A stretch of DNA of 64,000 bases, from assembly GCA_963727625.1 (NCBI GenBank), contig CAVSHR010000012.1, forward strand, positions 576,001 through 640,000, read 5' to 3'. This document shows positions 9,762-20,058 of the stretch, one piece after another; within the stretch, counting starts at the first letter, position 1, and the number at the start of each line of letters is the position of its first letter. Both the position numbers and the translations under genes were made by a program. A model generated the notes under the pieces. The model did not search any database and was not told the origin of the DNA. It saw only the letters and a list, made by a program, of their open reading frames with translations. The stretch is from an uncultured delta proteobacterium. GTDB taxonomy: Bacteria; Desulfobacterota; Binatia; UBA9968.

Positions 9762-10919
9762 CTAAGCTTCTGCGTAGCCCGCACTGGCGGCGCATTGGTT
9801 CTTGCCCAACTCCCACTCGACCGCGCGCTCGGGTTCAGTATTGCTCTTGCCCAGATTCACGTCGATGATCTCGGCATATTCCGGCGGCGGCGTGCGGACC
9901 GCCTGTTTCATCGCTTCGGTGAACGCCGCGGGGTCCGAGACTTTGAGCTCGGGCAAATTGCGGCGCAGGTCGCCGAGGGTCGCCGACACGACGCCATCGG
10001 AACCGATCTCGGAGATATCGGTATAGTGGGCCGGCAGGACGGTGGTCGATTCGTCGAGCCGGGCGATGCGCTCGTTCAATGTTCGGAAGAGTTCGCGCGA
10101 CCATTCGACCACGTGTCCACCCAGGTCCGGCCGTCCGACGGATTTTTTGAAGAGCGTATCGCCGCTCAACAGGTAACGATCGGCAACGAGGTAACACACC
10201 GAGCCGGGCGTATGGCCAGGCGATGCGAGTATGCGAATCGAAGTTTTGCCAAACCGAATTTTGTCACCGTCTTTCAGAGAACTGGTTTTTTGCATGAGAT
10301 CGAAGCCGGCGCCGGCGCTGACAAAATAGTCCGCGCCCAGCTTGGCGGCAAGTGCTGGTCCGCCGCTGATGTGGTCGGCATGAACATGGGTGTCGAGCAC
10401 GTGGGCGAGCCGTGCACCCGACCGAGCGAGAAACGACTCGTAGGCTTCCGCGGCGCGCGATGGATCGACGACGACCGCTTCGCCGCCCGAGACGATGGCG
10501 TAGGACAGGCAGCCTTTGCCGCGCCGATTGAACTGCCAGATCGCGAAAGCTTCCTGCTCCGATTGCCGCACCGGCACTTTGACCGGTGCGAGATATTCCC
10601 CGTAAGCGATCATGCCGCCGACCAGATTGCGCGTCGGCACGCCCGCGCCGCGCAGGATCTCCGCGACCATTTCGGACGAGCCGCCTTTGGCACAGACGGC
10701 GATGACCTCGCCCTGATGCTGCGGCAGGCGCGCCAGCGCAGACTGTTCGTCTTCAATGAAGTCGAAGTAGGGAATGTGCGCGACTTCGAAATGACGCCGT
10801 CCCTCGATTTTCCAGCTCTCGTACTCGTCGTCGTTCCTGACGTCGAGCACCATCAGCGGCTCGCCGGCGTCCACTTTCGCCAGCAGCTCGCCTACTTCGA
10901 CCTCGTGCTCCGTTGCCAT
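9762..10919 (-). CDS. Rhodanese-MBL fold fusion (persulfide dioxygenase/YrkH-like)
   Basis: N-terminal rhodanese (LDVR..CAKGGSS..LVGGM) plus THVHADH, PGHT, SGDTLF and PAHY MBL motifs. Confidence 0.88.
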   Translation of the reverse strand: MATEHEVEVGELLAKVDAGEPLMVLDVRNDDEYESWKIEGRRHFEVAHIPYFDFIEDEQSALARLPQHQGEVIAVCAKGGSSEMVAEILRGAGVPTRNLVGGMIAYGEYLAPVKVPVRQSEQEAFAIWQFNRRGKGCLSYAIVSGGEAVVVDPSRAAEAYESFLARSGARLAHVLDTHVHADHISGGPALAAKLGADYFVSAGAGFDLMQKTSSLKDGDKIRFGKTSIRILASPGHTPGSVCYLVADRYLLSGDTLFKKSVGRPDLGGHVVEWSRELFRTLNERIARLDESTTVLPAHYTDISEIGSDGVVSATLGDLRRNLPELKVSDPAAFTEAMKQAVRTPPPEYAEIIDVNLGKSNTEPERAVEWELGKNQCAASAGYAEA

Positions 10920-10929
10920 ATCGCGATCT

Positions 10930-11535
10930 TTAGATGAAAAGCGTGACCTTCGACCGGCAGGCGTCGGCCATGTAGGTGGCGACGCCGCCGTACTCCAGAT
11001 TGTCGGCGAGTTCTTCTTTGGAAACGCCCATGGCGTCCATGGACATGGTGCAGGCGATGATCTTGACGCCGAGATCCTTGGCGATCTCCATCAGCTCTTC
11101 CAGGCTGGCGATGCCTTTCTCCTTCATCATCGCGCGCAGCATCTTGGCGCCGATGCCGAAGAAATTCATCCGCGACACGCCCAGCGCCTGCGACCCCGCC
11201 GGCGTCATCATTGCGAACATCCTTTCTTTGAGCGTGCGTGTTCCCGGCGCCGCGGCTCCCGCTTTCTTGAGCGCGCAAAGTCCCCAGAAGGTGAAAAACA
11301 TCGAGGTCTCCAGGCCGGCCGCGGCGGCGCCGGTCGCAATCACGAAGGAGGCCAAGACTTTGTCCAGGTCGCTGCTGAACACGACGATGGTGGCGCGATC
11401 TTCCGGCATGCGGACCTTGAGTTCCTCGACCTCTTTTTCCAATTGCGCGATTCGCACCGCCAGCCCGTTTTTGTCTTCGCTGCTCGCAACGGAGCCATTT
11501 TCATCGAGAGTATTCGCTTTCAAAGCAACGTCCAT
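10930..11535 (-). CDS. DsrE/DsrF-like (DsrE2/YrkE-type) sulfur carrier
   Basis: DLDK..ASFVIATGAAAAG..MFFTFWGL, IIACTMSMDAMG and GGVATY motifs; AGGAGG RBS. Confidence 0.9.
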   Translation of the reverse strand: MDVALKANTLDENGSVASSEDKNGLAVRIAQLEKEVEELKVRMPEDRATIVVFSSDLDKVLASFVIATGAAAAGLETSMFFTFWGLCALKKAGAAAPGTRTLKERMFAMMTPAGSQALGVSRMNFFGIGAKMLRAMMKEKGIASLEELMEIAKDLGVKIIACTMSMDAMGVSKEELADNLEYGGVATYMADACRSKVTLFI

Positions 11536-11824
11536 CTTCTTTAAACCTCCTGACTTATCGTCTTATGCGAGCCGGTCGCCGGCACCTTTTCAATGCACTT
11601 GGCGCTCGTCTCATTTCTACCTTTTCTGCCTTAGAACCGCGCTCGACCGATGGAGCACCTCGCATCAGGAGAAGCAGCCACGGTCATATTTACTTACGTT
11701 TGGATTTATTCTACTCACCTCGATTGCACCTGCAATAGCCCATCGGGGCCGGTCGCGGCAGCGACTTTCCGCTTCTTTAACCCTGCCCTATGGCTAGGAC
11801 ATCGTTGGTTTTACGTTTTCGCAT

Positions 11825-11860
11825 TTTAACCTTGAACTTTGAACATGGAACATTGAAATT
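11825..11860. repeat. TTGAAC heptamer array
   Basis: TTAACC-TTGAACT-TTGAACA-TGGAACA-TTGAAAT. Confidence 0.7.
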
Positions 11861-12006
11861 TCACCTCCTTGATCGCAAACGCTCGCGAATTTTGTCGCCC
11901 GGACGCGCTTAAGGAATTAATGGAACAGGTTGACCGTATCTGCACCCTTATATAAAGGTGTTGTCGTGACCTTGGCCCGCAAGCAACCGTATTGAGGAGG
12001 TATACC

Positions 12007-13032
12007 ATGCGGAAATTATTACCGATTGGTTTTTATTCATTAGTTTCTGTCCTGGCTGGGCTGATGATATGCGCACTACCTGCGGCAAGCATGGCGCAAA
12101 CCGCGGTCTCTCTGGGAACGTCCAGTGTTGGCGCGCGCTTTCACATTTTAGCTGTGGGCATGGGGGACGTGGTCAGCCGTCATTCCAAGCTCAACGTCAC
12201 CGTCGAGCCGATCGGCGGCAGCGACGCTAATATCCGCGCGTTGAAGGCGAAGCGAATCGACTTTGCGCTGACGAACTCGCTCGCCGCCACCCACGGTTTT
12301 CGCGGCATCGGCTCGTTTAAAAAGGAAGGGAAAGCCCCGGTCCGATTGATCCTCCAAGGCGGGCTTGCCGCCCGAGCTCTGGTGGCGAGAGCGGACCGCG
12401 GCATCAATACGCCCGCCGATCTCAAGGGCAAGAAGGTTCAAGGACGGCGCCGCGCGCTCGCCGATTTGGAAGTGGTGCTCAAACAGCTATTGAAAGTTTA
12501 TGGCGTACCCGAAAGCTCGGTCACCATCTACGCTCATTCGGACACCAATGAGCAGGTCGAGACCCTGAGACTCGGCACGGCTGACGCCGCGATGATGCCC
12601 TTCGGCAGCCCGAAGACTTCATCGCCGCCGATACGCCGCTTAGCCGAGACCGTGCCGCTGGTCGTCGTCGACTTCGGCCGCGACAAGATTCCAGCGATCC
12701 TGGAAAATCCCGACCTCGCGGGTTACGCGGCCGCCACCATTCACAAAGGCGCGATCAAGGGCTTGGACAAAGACGTCACCTCGCTCGCACTCGGCGAATA
12801 TCTAGTGGGCAGGGCGGATCTCTCCGACGAGGTCGTCTATCAGTTCACGAAAACTTTCTTCACCAACGTGAAGGACTTTCACGCGGTGCATGCCTCGGCC
12901 AAGGAATACGACCTGGAGGGGAGTTTAGACGCTCCGAAAATTCCTTTTCATCCCGGCGCGATTCGCTATTACAAAGAGACCGGGCGTTGGAACGACGCGA
13001 TGGCAAAGCTCCAGGCCAAGCTTATGAAGTAA
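12007..13032 (+). CDS. TAXI family TRAP solute-binding protein
   Basis: GGSDANI and PFHPGAIRYYKE motifs, signal peptide, GAGGAGG RBS before ATG 12007. Confidence 0.9.
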   Translation: MRKLLPIGFYSLVSVLAGLMICALPAASMAQTAVSLGTSSVGARFHILAVGMGDVVSRHSKLNVTVEPIGGSDANIRALKAKRIDFALTNSLAATHGFRGIGSFKKEGKAPVRLILQGGLAARALVARADRGINTPADLKGKKVQGRRRALADLEVVLKQLLKVYGVPESSVTIYAHSDTNEQVETLRLGTADAAMMPFGSPKTSSPPIRRLAETVPLVVVDFGRDKIPAILENPDLAGYAAATIHKGAIKGLDKDVTSLALGEYLVGRADLSDEVVYQFTKTFFTNVKDFHAVHASAKEYDLEGSLDAPKIPFHPGAIRYYKETGRWNDAMAKLQAKLMK

Positions 13033-13054
13033 GCCGGCCCCCAGCATATTCTCG

Positions 13055-14974
13055 ATGACCGCCACGCGTACAGAGGCGATCTACGCCAGGGTGGTGGAGG
13101 TGTTGGCCTTCGTAGCCGCTCTCTACCACCTGGTTATCGTCAGTCGTATTCCTACCTATTTCGGTTTTTTCTTTCCCAGCGCGCGCCACCGAGCTGTCAG
13201 CCTGCTCTTCGCGCTGGTGATCGTTTATCTCAGCTATTCGGTTCGCGGCGAGCGCAAGCGCGGGATCTCCTGGTTCGATGCGCTGATGCTGGTCTTGGGA
13301 GTTGCCGGACTCGGTTTCGTGATCGTCTTCTATGAACGGGCGAGCGACTACGAGGCCTACGGCTTTCTCGATACGATCGGCATCGCACTGGCGTTCGGAC
13401 TGGCCATCTCGGTTTTGGAAGCGCTGCGGCGGCTCACCGGCTGGATCTTACCTTCGCTGATCGTCCTCTTCCTGGCGGCGGCGCGCTTCCAGAATGTTCT
13501 GCCGGGTTTGCTGTTCGGCAAAGGCTATTCCTGGGACCGGCTCGGCTATGCCATCTATGTTCCAGGGGAAGGCGTCTTCGGCGTGCCCCTCGGGGTGGCA
13601 TCGACCATCGTCATCGTCTTTCTCATCTTCGCGGCGTTTTTGCAGACCGCCGGGGTCGGCGAGTGGTTCAGCCGCCTTGCGCTCTCGCTCGCCGGTTGGA
13701 CGAGGGGTGGACCGGCAAAGACCGCGGTTTTGGCATCGGCGTTTTTCGGTACGATCTCCGGTTCTCCGTCGGCCAACGCGGCGACCACCGGCGCGTTTAC
13801 CATCCCTCTGATGAAGCGGACCGGCTACAGCCCGGCGTTTGCCGGCGCGGTCGAGGCAGCCGCTTCGGTCGGCGGTCAGATTCTACCGCCGGTCATGGGC
13901 GCCATCGCCTTTGTCATGGCAGACTTCTTGGGGGTGCCGTACGTCGAGGTCGCCAAGGCCGCGCTTCTGCCCGCAGTGCTCTATTTCATGATTGTGTTTA
14001 TGGGGGTGCACTTTGAGGCGGTGAAAAGAAATCTGCGCCCCCTGCCGCGCGCGGAATTGCCGTCGTTGTCTAAGACTCTAAAGGACGGCTGGTATTTCCT
14101 ATTGCCGATTGGAGTATTGATTTACCTGATGCTGGTCAAGCAATTCGACCCGGATATGGCCGGTATCTTCAGCTTGCCGGTGCTGGTCGCGGTGAGCTTT
14201 TTCTCCCGCGACAAAGAACGGCGGCTCTACCCGCGCGCGATCTATCGCGCCCTGGTGGATGCGGTGAATACCTGGCTGTTATTGGCAATCCTCACCGGAG
14301 CGGTCGGCATGCTGGTTGCCGCCCTGGGGCTGAGTGGATTGGGCGTCAAGTTTTCGCGCTTTCTCGTCGATCTGAGTGGCGGCAATCTGCTTGCCGCTCT
14401 GGCCCTGGTTGGAATCAGCAGCTTGATCCTGGGCATGAGCATGGACTCCTTGCCCGCTTACATTACCGTGGCGACTCTTTCCGCTCCCGCTTTGATTCTC
14501 ATGGGCGTGCCCGACATGGCGGCGCATCTGTTCGTCGTCTACTGGGGGCTTGCCTCGCACCTCACGCCGCCGGTTTGCATTACGGTCTACGTCACCTGCA
14601 GCATCAGCGGCGCCGGCATTTGGGAGACCGGCCGCGACGCGGTGCGGCTGGCCATCGGTAAATATCTGTTGCCATTTTCTTTCGCGCTCAATCCGGCGCT
14701 GTTGCTGCGCGGTCCCGTGGATGCGATCGTCATGGGTGTCACCTCGGCCTTCGCCGGCGCGGTATGTGTCTCCGCGGGAACGATCGGTTACGGACTTCGC
14801 GATCTAGGATGGCTCGAGCGCGCGCTCTTGATCGTAGGAGGGACGCTGCTGATTCTGCCGGGCTGGCGCACCCTGATTGTCGGCACCCTCCTCGTCGGCG
14901 TCTCACTTGTGTTGCAGTTACCTTATTTTCATTGGCGAGCGTCGACGCAAAAAACCGCACCTCCGGTGGATTAA
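13055..14974 (+). CDS. TRAP transporter fused 4TM/12TM permease
   Basis: GGPAKTAV, GTISGS..ANAATTGAFTIPLM and GGQILPPVMGA motifs. Confidence 0.92.
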   Translation: MTATRTEAIYARVVEVLAFVAALYHLVIVSRIPTYFGFFFPSARHRAVSLLFALVIVYLSYSVRGERKRGISWFDALMLVLGVAGLGFVIVFYERASDYEAYGFLDTIGIALAFGLAISVLEALRRLTGWILPSLIVLFLAAARFQNVLPGLLFGKGYSWDRLGYAIYVPGEGVFGVPLGVASTIVIVFLIFAAFLQTAGVGEWFSRLALSLAGWTRGGPAKTAVLASAFFGTISGSPSANAATTGAFTIPLMKRTGYSPAFAGAVEAAASVGGQILPPVMGAIAFVMADFLGVPYVEVAKAALLPAVLYFMIVFMGVHFEAVKRNLRPLPRAELPSLSKTLKDGWYFLLPIGVLIYLMLVKQFDPDMAGIFSLPVLVAVSFFSRDKERRLYPRAIYRALVDAVNTWLLLAILTGAVGMLVAALGLSGLGVKFSRFLVDLSGGNLLAALALVGISSLILGMSMDSLPAYITVATLSAPALILMGVPDMAAHLFVVYWGLASHLTPPVCITVYVTCSISGAGIWETGRDAVRLAIGKYLLPFSFALNPALLLRGPVDAIVMGVTSAFAGAVCVSAGTIGYGLRDLGWLERALLIVGGTLLILPGWRTLIVGTLLVGVSLVLQLPYFHWRASTQKTAPPVD

Positions 14975-14988
14975 ACTTTAGATCCCAG

Positions 14989-15144
14989 AACGTTCAAACC
15001 GTGCAACCGCTTCGCTCCGTTCAAGTCGTTCAAAACGTTCGACGGACATGTTCGGGCTGTGTGAAAGCGTCCCTATTGGCTGACATAGTGCATAGCCCGC
15101 CGCCGTTCGATTCAGCGTTGAACTTTGAACCTGGAACCTTGAAC
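14989..15144. repeat. GTTCAA (left) and TTGAAC (right) short-period arrays between convergent genes
   Basis: 14989-15042 has about 9-nt-period CGTTCAA units; 15118-15144 has 7-nt-period TTGAAC units. Confidence 0.7.
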
Positions 15145-15149
15145 AACTC

Positions 15150-16214
15150 TTAAAGTCCGTAGAACGCCTGGGAGTTGGTCTCCAGAATTTTCTTGCCTTG
15201 GGCGCTGGTGATCCTGCCCTCGTCGACCCAGCTCCGCACCTCGTCGATCCCACTCAGGTTGGCGGAGATGTCGGTGTGGCTGTAGTCGGTGCCGATCATC
15301 AAGCTGTCTTCGGTGCCGAACTGCAGCAGGGAATCAACGTCGTCGATCGGGTCGATGGTGATGAACATCCGGTTGGCGCGGAAAATTTCCGGCTCCAGCT
15401 CGAACAGCCGCGGTAATCGAGTCTGCTGGCCGCGCAGCGACTGGCGTTTCACCGCGCCCAACTGCGAGATGGCGTAGGGAATCCACGAGGCCCCGGACTC
15501 GATGAGTCCGAAGCGAAGCTTCGGGAACTTCTTTGGAACTCCGGAGCTCACCAGCGCGGTGAACGAGTACATGATCGGAAAGCCCCGGTCCCATTCGTGG
15601 GCGGGCAGCGGGTGTCCGGTGTGAATACACAGAGGAATGTCGAGCGCGGCGGCCTCCTCATAGACCGGAAAGAAGTGTGGATCAGTGACTTTCCGGTCGA
15701 GATCGAAACCGCGCTTGTAGATGCCGCAGGCGCCGTGCTCCTTCGCCCAGCGCAGCTCCTCGACCGCTTTCTCGGGCTGGAGCAGCGGCAGCACCGCGGC
15801 CCAACGCAAGCGCCCGTCGGTGTTCGCGCATTTCTCGGCCATCCAGCGATTGTAGGTCGTGGTCAGCGCCCATTCGGCTTCCCCGTTGCCGGTGTTGTAG
15901 CGGATAAAGAAGGTCGGGAAGATGACTTGTATGTCGACGCCCATCTTGTCCATGTGCGCGAGGCGGCCCGGCACGTCTTGAAGCTCGCGAAACACCCGGG
16001 GAGGATGGTTGACTTCGTCACGGATGGCACGGTTCTGCAGCCTGCCCTCCACCACCCAACAGCGGCTGTTCGTCGGGTTATAGCCCGCGCGTTTGGCCTC
16101 CTCGGCAGGCATCGAAATGGTCACGGGAATATACTTCGCGTACGGCGTGCCCTCCAACTTTTTCCAGGTCTCTTCGCATTCGTCGACGTGAGTATCGGCA
16201 TCGATCACGGGCAT
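15150..16214 (-). CDS. Amidohydrolase_2 family protein
   Basis: IDADTHV, CIHTG, IESGASW and IGTDYSH motifs. Confidence 0.9.
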   Translation of the reverse strand: MPVIDADTHVDECEETWKKLEGTPYAKYIPVTISMPAEEAKRAGYNPTNSRCWVVEGRLQNRAIRDEVNHPPRVFRELQDVPGRLAHMDKMGVDIQVIFPTFFIRYNTGNGEAEWALTTTYNRWMAEKCANTDGRLRWAAVLPLLQPEKAVEELRWAKEHGACGIYKRGFDLDRKVTDPHFFPVYEEAAALDIPLCIHTGHPLPAHEWDRGFPIMYSFTALVSSGVPKKFPKLRFGLIESGASWIPYAISQLGAVKRQSLRGQQTRLPRLFELEPEIFRANRMFITIDPIDDVDSLLQFGTEDSLMIGTDYSHTDISANLSGIDEVRSWVDEGRITSAQGKKILETNSQAFYGL

Positions 16215-16443
16215 GGGATGATCTCCTCTTCCGCTGACTTAAATAGAAATTACTCCTCTCAACAAGCGACCTACCTATAATTGTTAGGCTTCAATATAAT
16301 TCCCTCGTTCGGATTTTTAAACACCCCTGAGTCTGGAGTCACCTGTCGCATTGCTTGATCGCCCGCGGCCTTTAGGGATAAGAAGGTTGTGAGACAGGCA
16401 ATCGCAACGATGACTTCCAGAAGGTAACTGAGCCGATTAACCC

Positions 16444-17166
16444 ATGAATACGACGACCGATGAAATCCGGGTCATGACCTCGGGCGCTTTTACCGCGGCC
16501 TATCTTGAGCTCATTCCCCGGCTCGAACTCCTTACCAAGAAAAAACTCGTGACCGCCGCCACGTCCATCGGAACGGGGGAGAACTCCATCCCGAACCGGC
16601 TTCGACGCGGTGAAGCCGTCGACGTTGTCATTGTCGCGGACGCCGTGCTTGTCGGATTAATCAAGGACGGGCTGATCATGGCCGAAAGCCATACCCCCGT
16701 CGCACGCTCTGCCATCGGTATGGCGGTACGGGCAGGAGCCCCTAAGCCCGACATCGGCTCGGTCGACGCGCTGACGCGCGCGCTTCTGCAGGCAAAGTCC
16801 ATCGCGTACTCCGCCAGTGTGAGCGGCGACTACCTCTCCACCGAGCTGCTTCAGCGCTTGGGTATAGCCGACCAGGTGCTAAGCAAATGCCGGCGCATCG
16901 AAGGGGGTGAGAGAGTCGGCGCCGTGGTCGCGCGGGGAGAAGCGGAAATCGGATTTCAGCAGCTAAGCGAGCTGCTTCCCGTCCCCGGCATAGATCATGT
17001 CACACCGCTGCCGCCGGAAGTGCAGAAGGTGTCTATATTCTCGGCTGGAGTCGCAGTGAGTACGAGAGATTCGGACGCCGCTCACGCGATTCTTGGCTTC
17101 CTATCGTCGCCCGAGGCGGCGGACGCCATCACGAAGAGCGGCTTGGAGCCCATCGGAAATCGCTGA
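16444..17166 (+). CDS. ModA-like substrate-binding domain protein (stand-alone)
   Basis: AVRAGAPKPDI, SIAYSASVSG and VARGEAEIGFQQLSEL motifs. Confidence 0.85.
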   Translation: MNTTTDEIRVMTSGAFTAAYLELIPRLELLTKKKLVTAATSIGTGENSIPNRLRRGEAVDVVIVADAVLVGLIKDGLIMAESHTPVARSAIGMAVRAGAPKPDIGSVDALTRALLQAKSIAYSASVSGDYLSTELLQRLGIADQVLSKCRRIEGGERVGAVVARGEAEIGFQQLSELLPVPGIDHVTPLPPEVQKVSIFSAGVAVSTRDSDAAHAILGFLSSPEAADAITKSGLEPIGNR

Positions 17167-17656
17167 AGCCGGAGACTGATGGGACGTTATCAGGCGCTGG
17201 ATTTCTCGAGCGGGATGATCAGACCTGAGATTAAGTTTCTTTGTTCGACTCGACCCACCTGCGAGCGTAGAATCTGGTTGGTCTATGCCAAAAACTTGCG
17301 GATAATTCGCCGCGGCAAACATCACCTTGAGCGTAACCCTTTCCCCGATTGACTTAGTTTGGAATCATCTATTTCTTCACCGCATTTCTCCCGCACGACC
17401 ACGCCACTGATCGTCACTGGAAAAAATTGACTTTTACCCGTGATCGTGGTGTGCGAGACACAACTCACCGGTAATTTGATTGAGAGCCGCGTAGCAGCGG
17501 GGCCGAGTCTGGGTTTCTAAACAAGTTTATCATGACCTCCAGGCATGGCCCGCCGCGGTGATTCCCGCATGACTCGCTTATAAGAATTCCTCGGCTCAAT
17601 TCGCTTCCCGGTGAGATTACCTGCATTGGCAAGCCTGGCTCACCGGGAATTAATTT

Positions 17657-19162
17657 TTACTTCGTCTGCAAAACCACAAAGAGACTGCCGCCTTTGCGCT
17701 TGATCAGGAGTAGAACCCTGTCCTTGTTCTTCGCCTTAGCCAACGCATCGGACAACTCATGGGCGTTGGTCACCGGTTGACGGTCCGCTTCGGCAATCAA
17801 GTCCCCGGCCTGGAGTCCGGCCATGGCTGCCAAACTGCCTCCCTGCACCCCGGTAATCAGCACGCCTGTTTCATTTTCAACTCCATACTGCCGGGCGAGT
17901 TGGGGCGTTAGCGTTTCAACTCGCAATCCGAGCTCAGCCAATTGGTCCCCGCCTTCGGCTGGCCCTGTGCCGGCTTGGACCGTTTCCTCGGTAAGGGTTC
18001 CGATGGTCGCGCTTAGAGCATCCTGCTTGCCATCGCGAACGACATCGATGTTAACGCCGGTGCCGGGCTTGGTCCCGGCCACGAGATTGCGTAGTTGACG
18101 CGTGTCTTCTATTTTCTTTCCATCGTAACCGACGATGACGTCGCCCACTTTAAAGCCCGCTTTCGCTGCCGGCGAATTCGGTTGGACTTGAGAAACTAGC
18201 GCTCCCTTGGCTTCGGACAAGTGGAACTGTTTGGCCAAATCTTCGTTGACCTCTTGGATCACTACCCCGAGCAAGCCGCGGGTAATCTTCCCGCCCTTAA
18301 TCAGCGTCGGCAGCATGGTCTTGATCATGTTAACCGGGATGGCAAAACCGACGCCGGCAAACTGCCCGATACTGGTGGCGATGGCGGTGTTCATGCCGAT
18401 CACCTGACCGCGCATGTTGACCAGCGGGCCGCCGGAATTGCCGGGATTGATCGCCGCGTCGGTTTGCAAGAAATCCTCGTAGTCCGAGATGCCCACGTCT
18501 TGGCGGCCGGTGGCGCTGATGATCCCCTGGGTTACGGTTTGGATAAGGCCAAACGGCGCTCCGACGGCCATCACGAGATCGCCGACTTGCAACGCGTCCG
18601 AGTCGCCCAGATCCACCGCGGGCAGATCGTCGGGCACTTCGCCTTTGATCTTGATGATCGCCACATCGCTTCTCGGATCGGTGCCGACGACCTCGGCCTC
18701 GAACCGCCGCTGATCGGCGAGGCGAACGTTGAGCTTATCGACGTCCTTCACGACGTGATAGTTCGTAAGAATATGACCCTGATTGTCGATGATCATTCCC
18801 GATCCCATGCCGCGCTGAGGGACTTTATGTTCCCTCGGCTGTGAGTGCGGGTTTGAAAAGTGTTGACCGAAGAATTGGCGGAAAAAATCATCGCCGAACG
18901 GAAAGGGAAAGTCCGGCGTGTCAAATTTAACTGTCTTTTCCGAGTACACACTGACAACCGAGGGCTTCACATGGGCCGCCACCGCGGCAAAGGCTTTTTC
19001 CAATTGTAAGGCCGGGGCGACCGCAGACTCTGAGATCGCGGCCGCTTTCAAATCGGCTTGTGGCGATCTGTTTGCCCCAACAGCCCACACCCAGCCGATG
19101 CCAACGACCAAAGCCACGCCGGCACCGGTACTTACGATTTTGATTTTTGCTTTATTTGTCAT
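17657..19162 (-). CDS. Do/DegQ family serine endoprotease with two PDZ domains
   Basis: TNYHV, SDVA and QTDAAINPGNSGGPL catalytic triad; start moved to MTNK with GGGGAG RBS. Confidence 0.93.
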   Translation of the reverse strand: MTNKAKIKIVSTGAGVALVVGIGWVWAVGANRSPQADLKAAAISESAVAPALQLEKAFAAVAAHVKPSVVSVYSEKTVKFDTPDFPFPFGDDFFRQFFGQHFSNPHSQPREHKVPQRGMGSGMIIDNQGHILTNYHVVKDVDKLNVRLADQRRFEAEVVGTDPRSDVAIIKIKGEVPDDLPAVDLGDSDALQVGDLVMAVGAPFGLIQTVTQGIISATGRQDVGISDYEDFLQTDAAINPGNSGGPLVNMRGQVIGMNTAIATSIGQFAGVGFAIPVNMIKTMLPTLIKGGKITRGLLGVVIQEVNEDLAKQFHLSEAKGALVSQVQPNSPAAKAGFKVGDVIVGYDGKKIEDTRQLRNLVAGTKPGTGVNIDVVRDGKQDALSATIGTLTEETVQAGTGPAEGGDQLAELGLRVETLTPQLARQYGVENETGVLITGVQGGSLAAMAGLQAGDLIAEADRQPVTNAHELSDALAKAKNKDRVLLLIKRKGGSLFVVLQTK

Positions 19163-19539
19163 ACTTCTTCTCCCCTTCGGTATTTCGCCGGTCCCGGAGC
19201 CGCGATAATAATTGCTGCCCTGCTGCAGCCGTAAATAAACCTCGGCTTCGACTTGGCGCCGGCGGTAAGCCGCGTCCATCATTCGACACCGGGCTCTGGA
19301 ATAGGCTTGGCGCAAGTTTCACGCCAGAGAAAAAACTTCGCGTTGCAGTGGATCCATCGCCTTAATCCTCAGCAACTTCAGACCACCCATACGATCGTTT
19401 GATAGCAAACAGAAAAAGACTGAGGCAAAACTGCGCGACGGGTGTGTCATTACGTCTCACCGATTAAAGCGCTGGAGTTTACTATTTTGCCGGTCGGCTC
19501 GAAGGGACTGGTAATAGTTCGCGATGTTAAGAAAAAAAA

Positions 19540-19608
19540 CGAGGATCGGGCGCAACGGCAGACCCTAATATCCAAACAACGATTATCATGACAGCGCAGC
19601 CTGCCGCC
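19540..19608 (+). ncRNA. Possible degenerate c-di-GMP-I (GEMM-I) riboswitch, 3' portion
   Basis: CGAGGATCGGGCGCAA...CCCTAA...ATGACAGCGCAGCCTGCCG resembles the P2-3'/P3/P1-3' motifs; the 5' arm is replaced by an A-run. Confidence 0.3.
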
Positions 19609-20058
19609 GATTCAAGCTTTTAAGACACTGGCATTAACGAGCTCAAGTGTCATTGGAGTCCTGCAGTGACCGGTTTTTTTGCAGCCGCTGATTTTTCCAT
19701 ATCGTCAAGCGCCTGCTGATTCCCTCTGATCGTTTCCTGGCGGGCGTCGACGTTTGGCTTAAGCCTATGCATGGCTTGGCGAAGACTGCTTCCGTTCATC
19801 ATCGACCGAAATCAGCGACATCATCACGCCGTCATGGGGCCGAAGCGATGCCCAAAGTAAACCGCTAGCGGGCAATCAAATCGTGGGAGATCATCTTTTC
19901 TTCGGCCCATCGTGATCATGTTGACAAGACATGTTCGTCCAAATGTAAACTCGCTTCCACCGTGGCTTCGTGTTAGGTTGAGGCCGCTTTGCCGTCCTCG
20001 TCTCGTCTAGAATTCGACAGGCCCGCGCGAAGAAATCCATATTGTGTTTAAAAATTAG

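Noticed and set aside
9795-10937. 380-aa plus-strand ORF
   Set aside because: Antisense shadow of the rhodanese-MBL gene, typical of high-GC DNA; no motifs.
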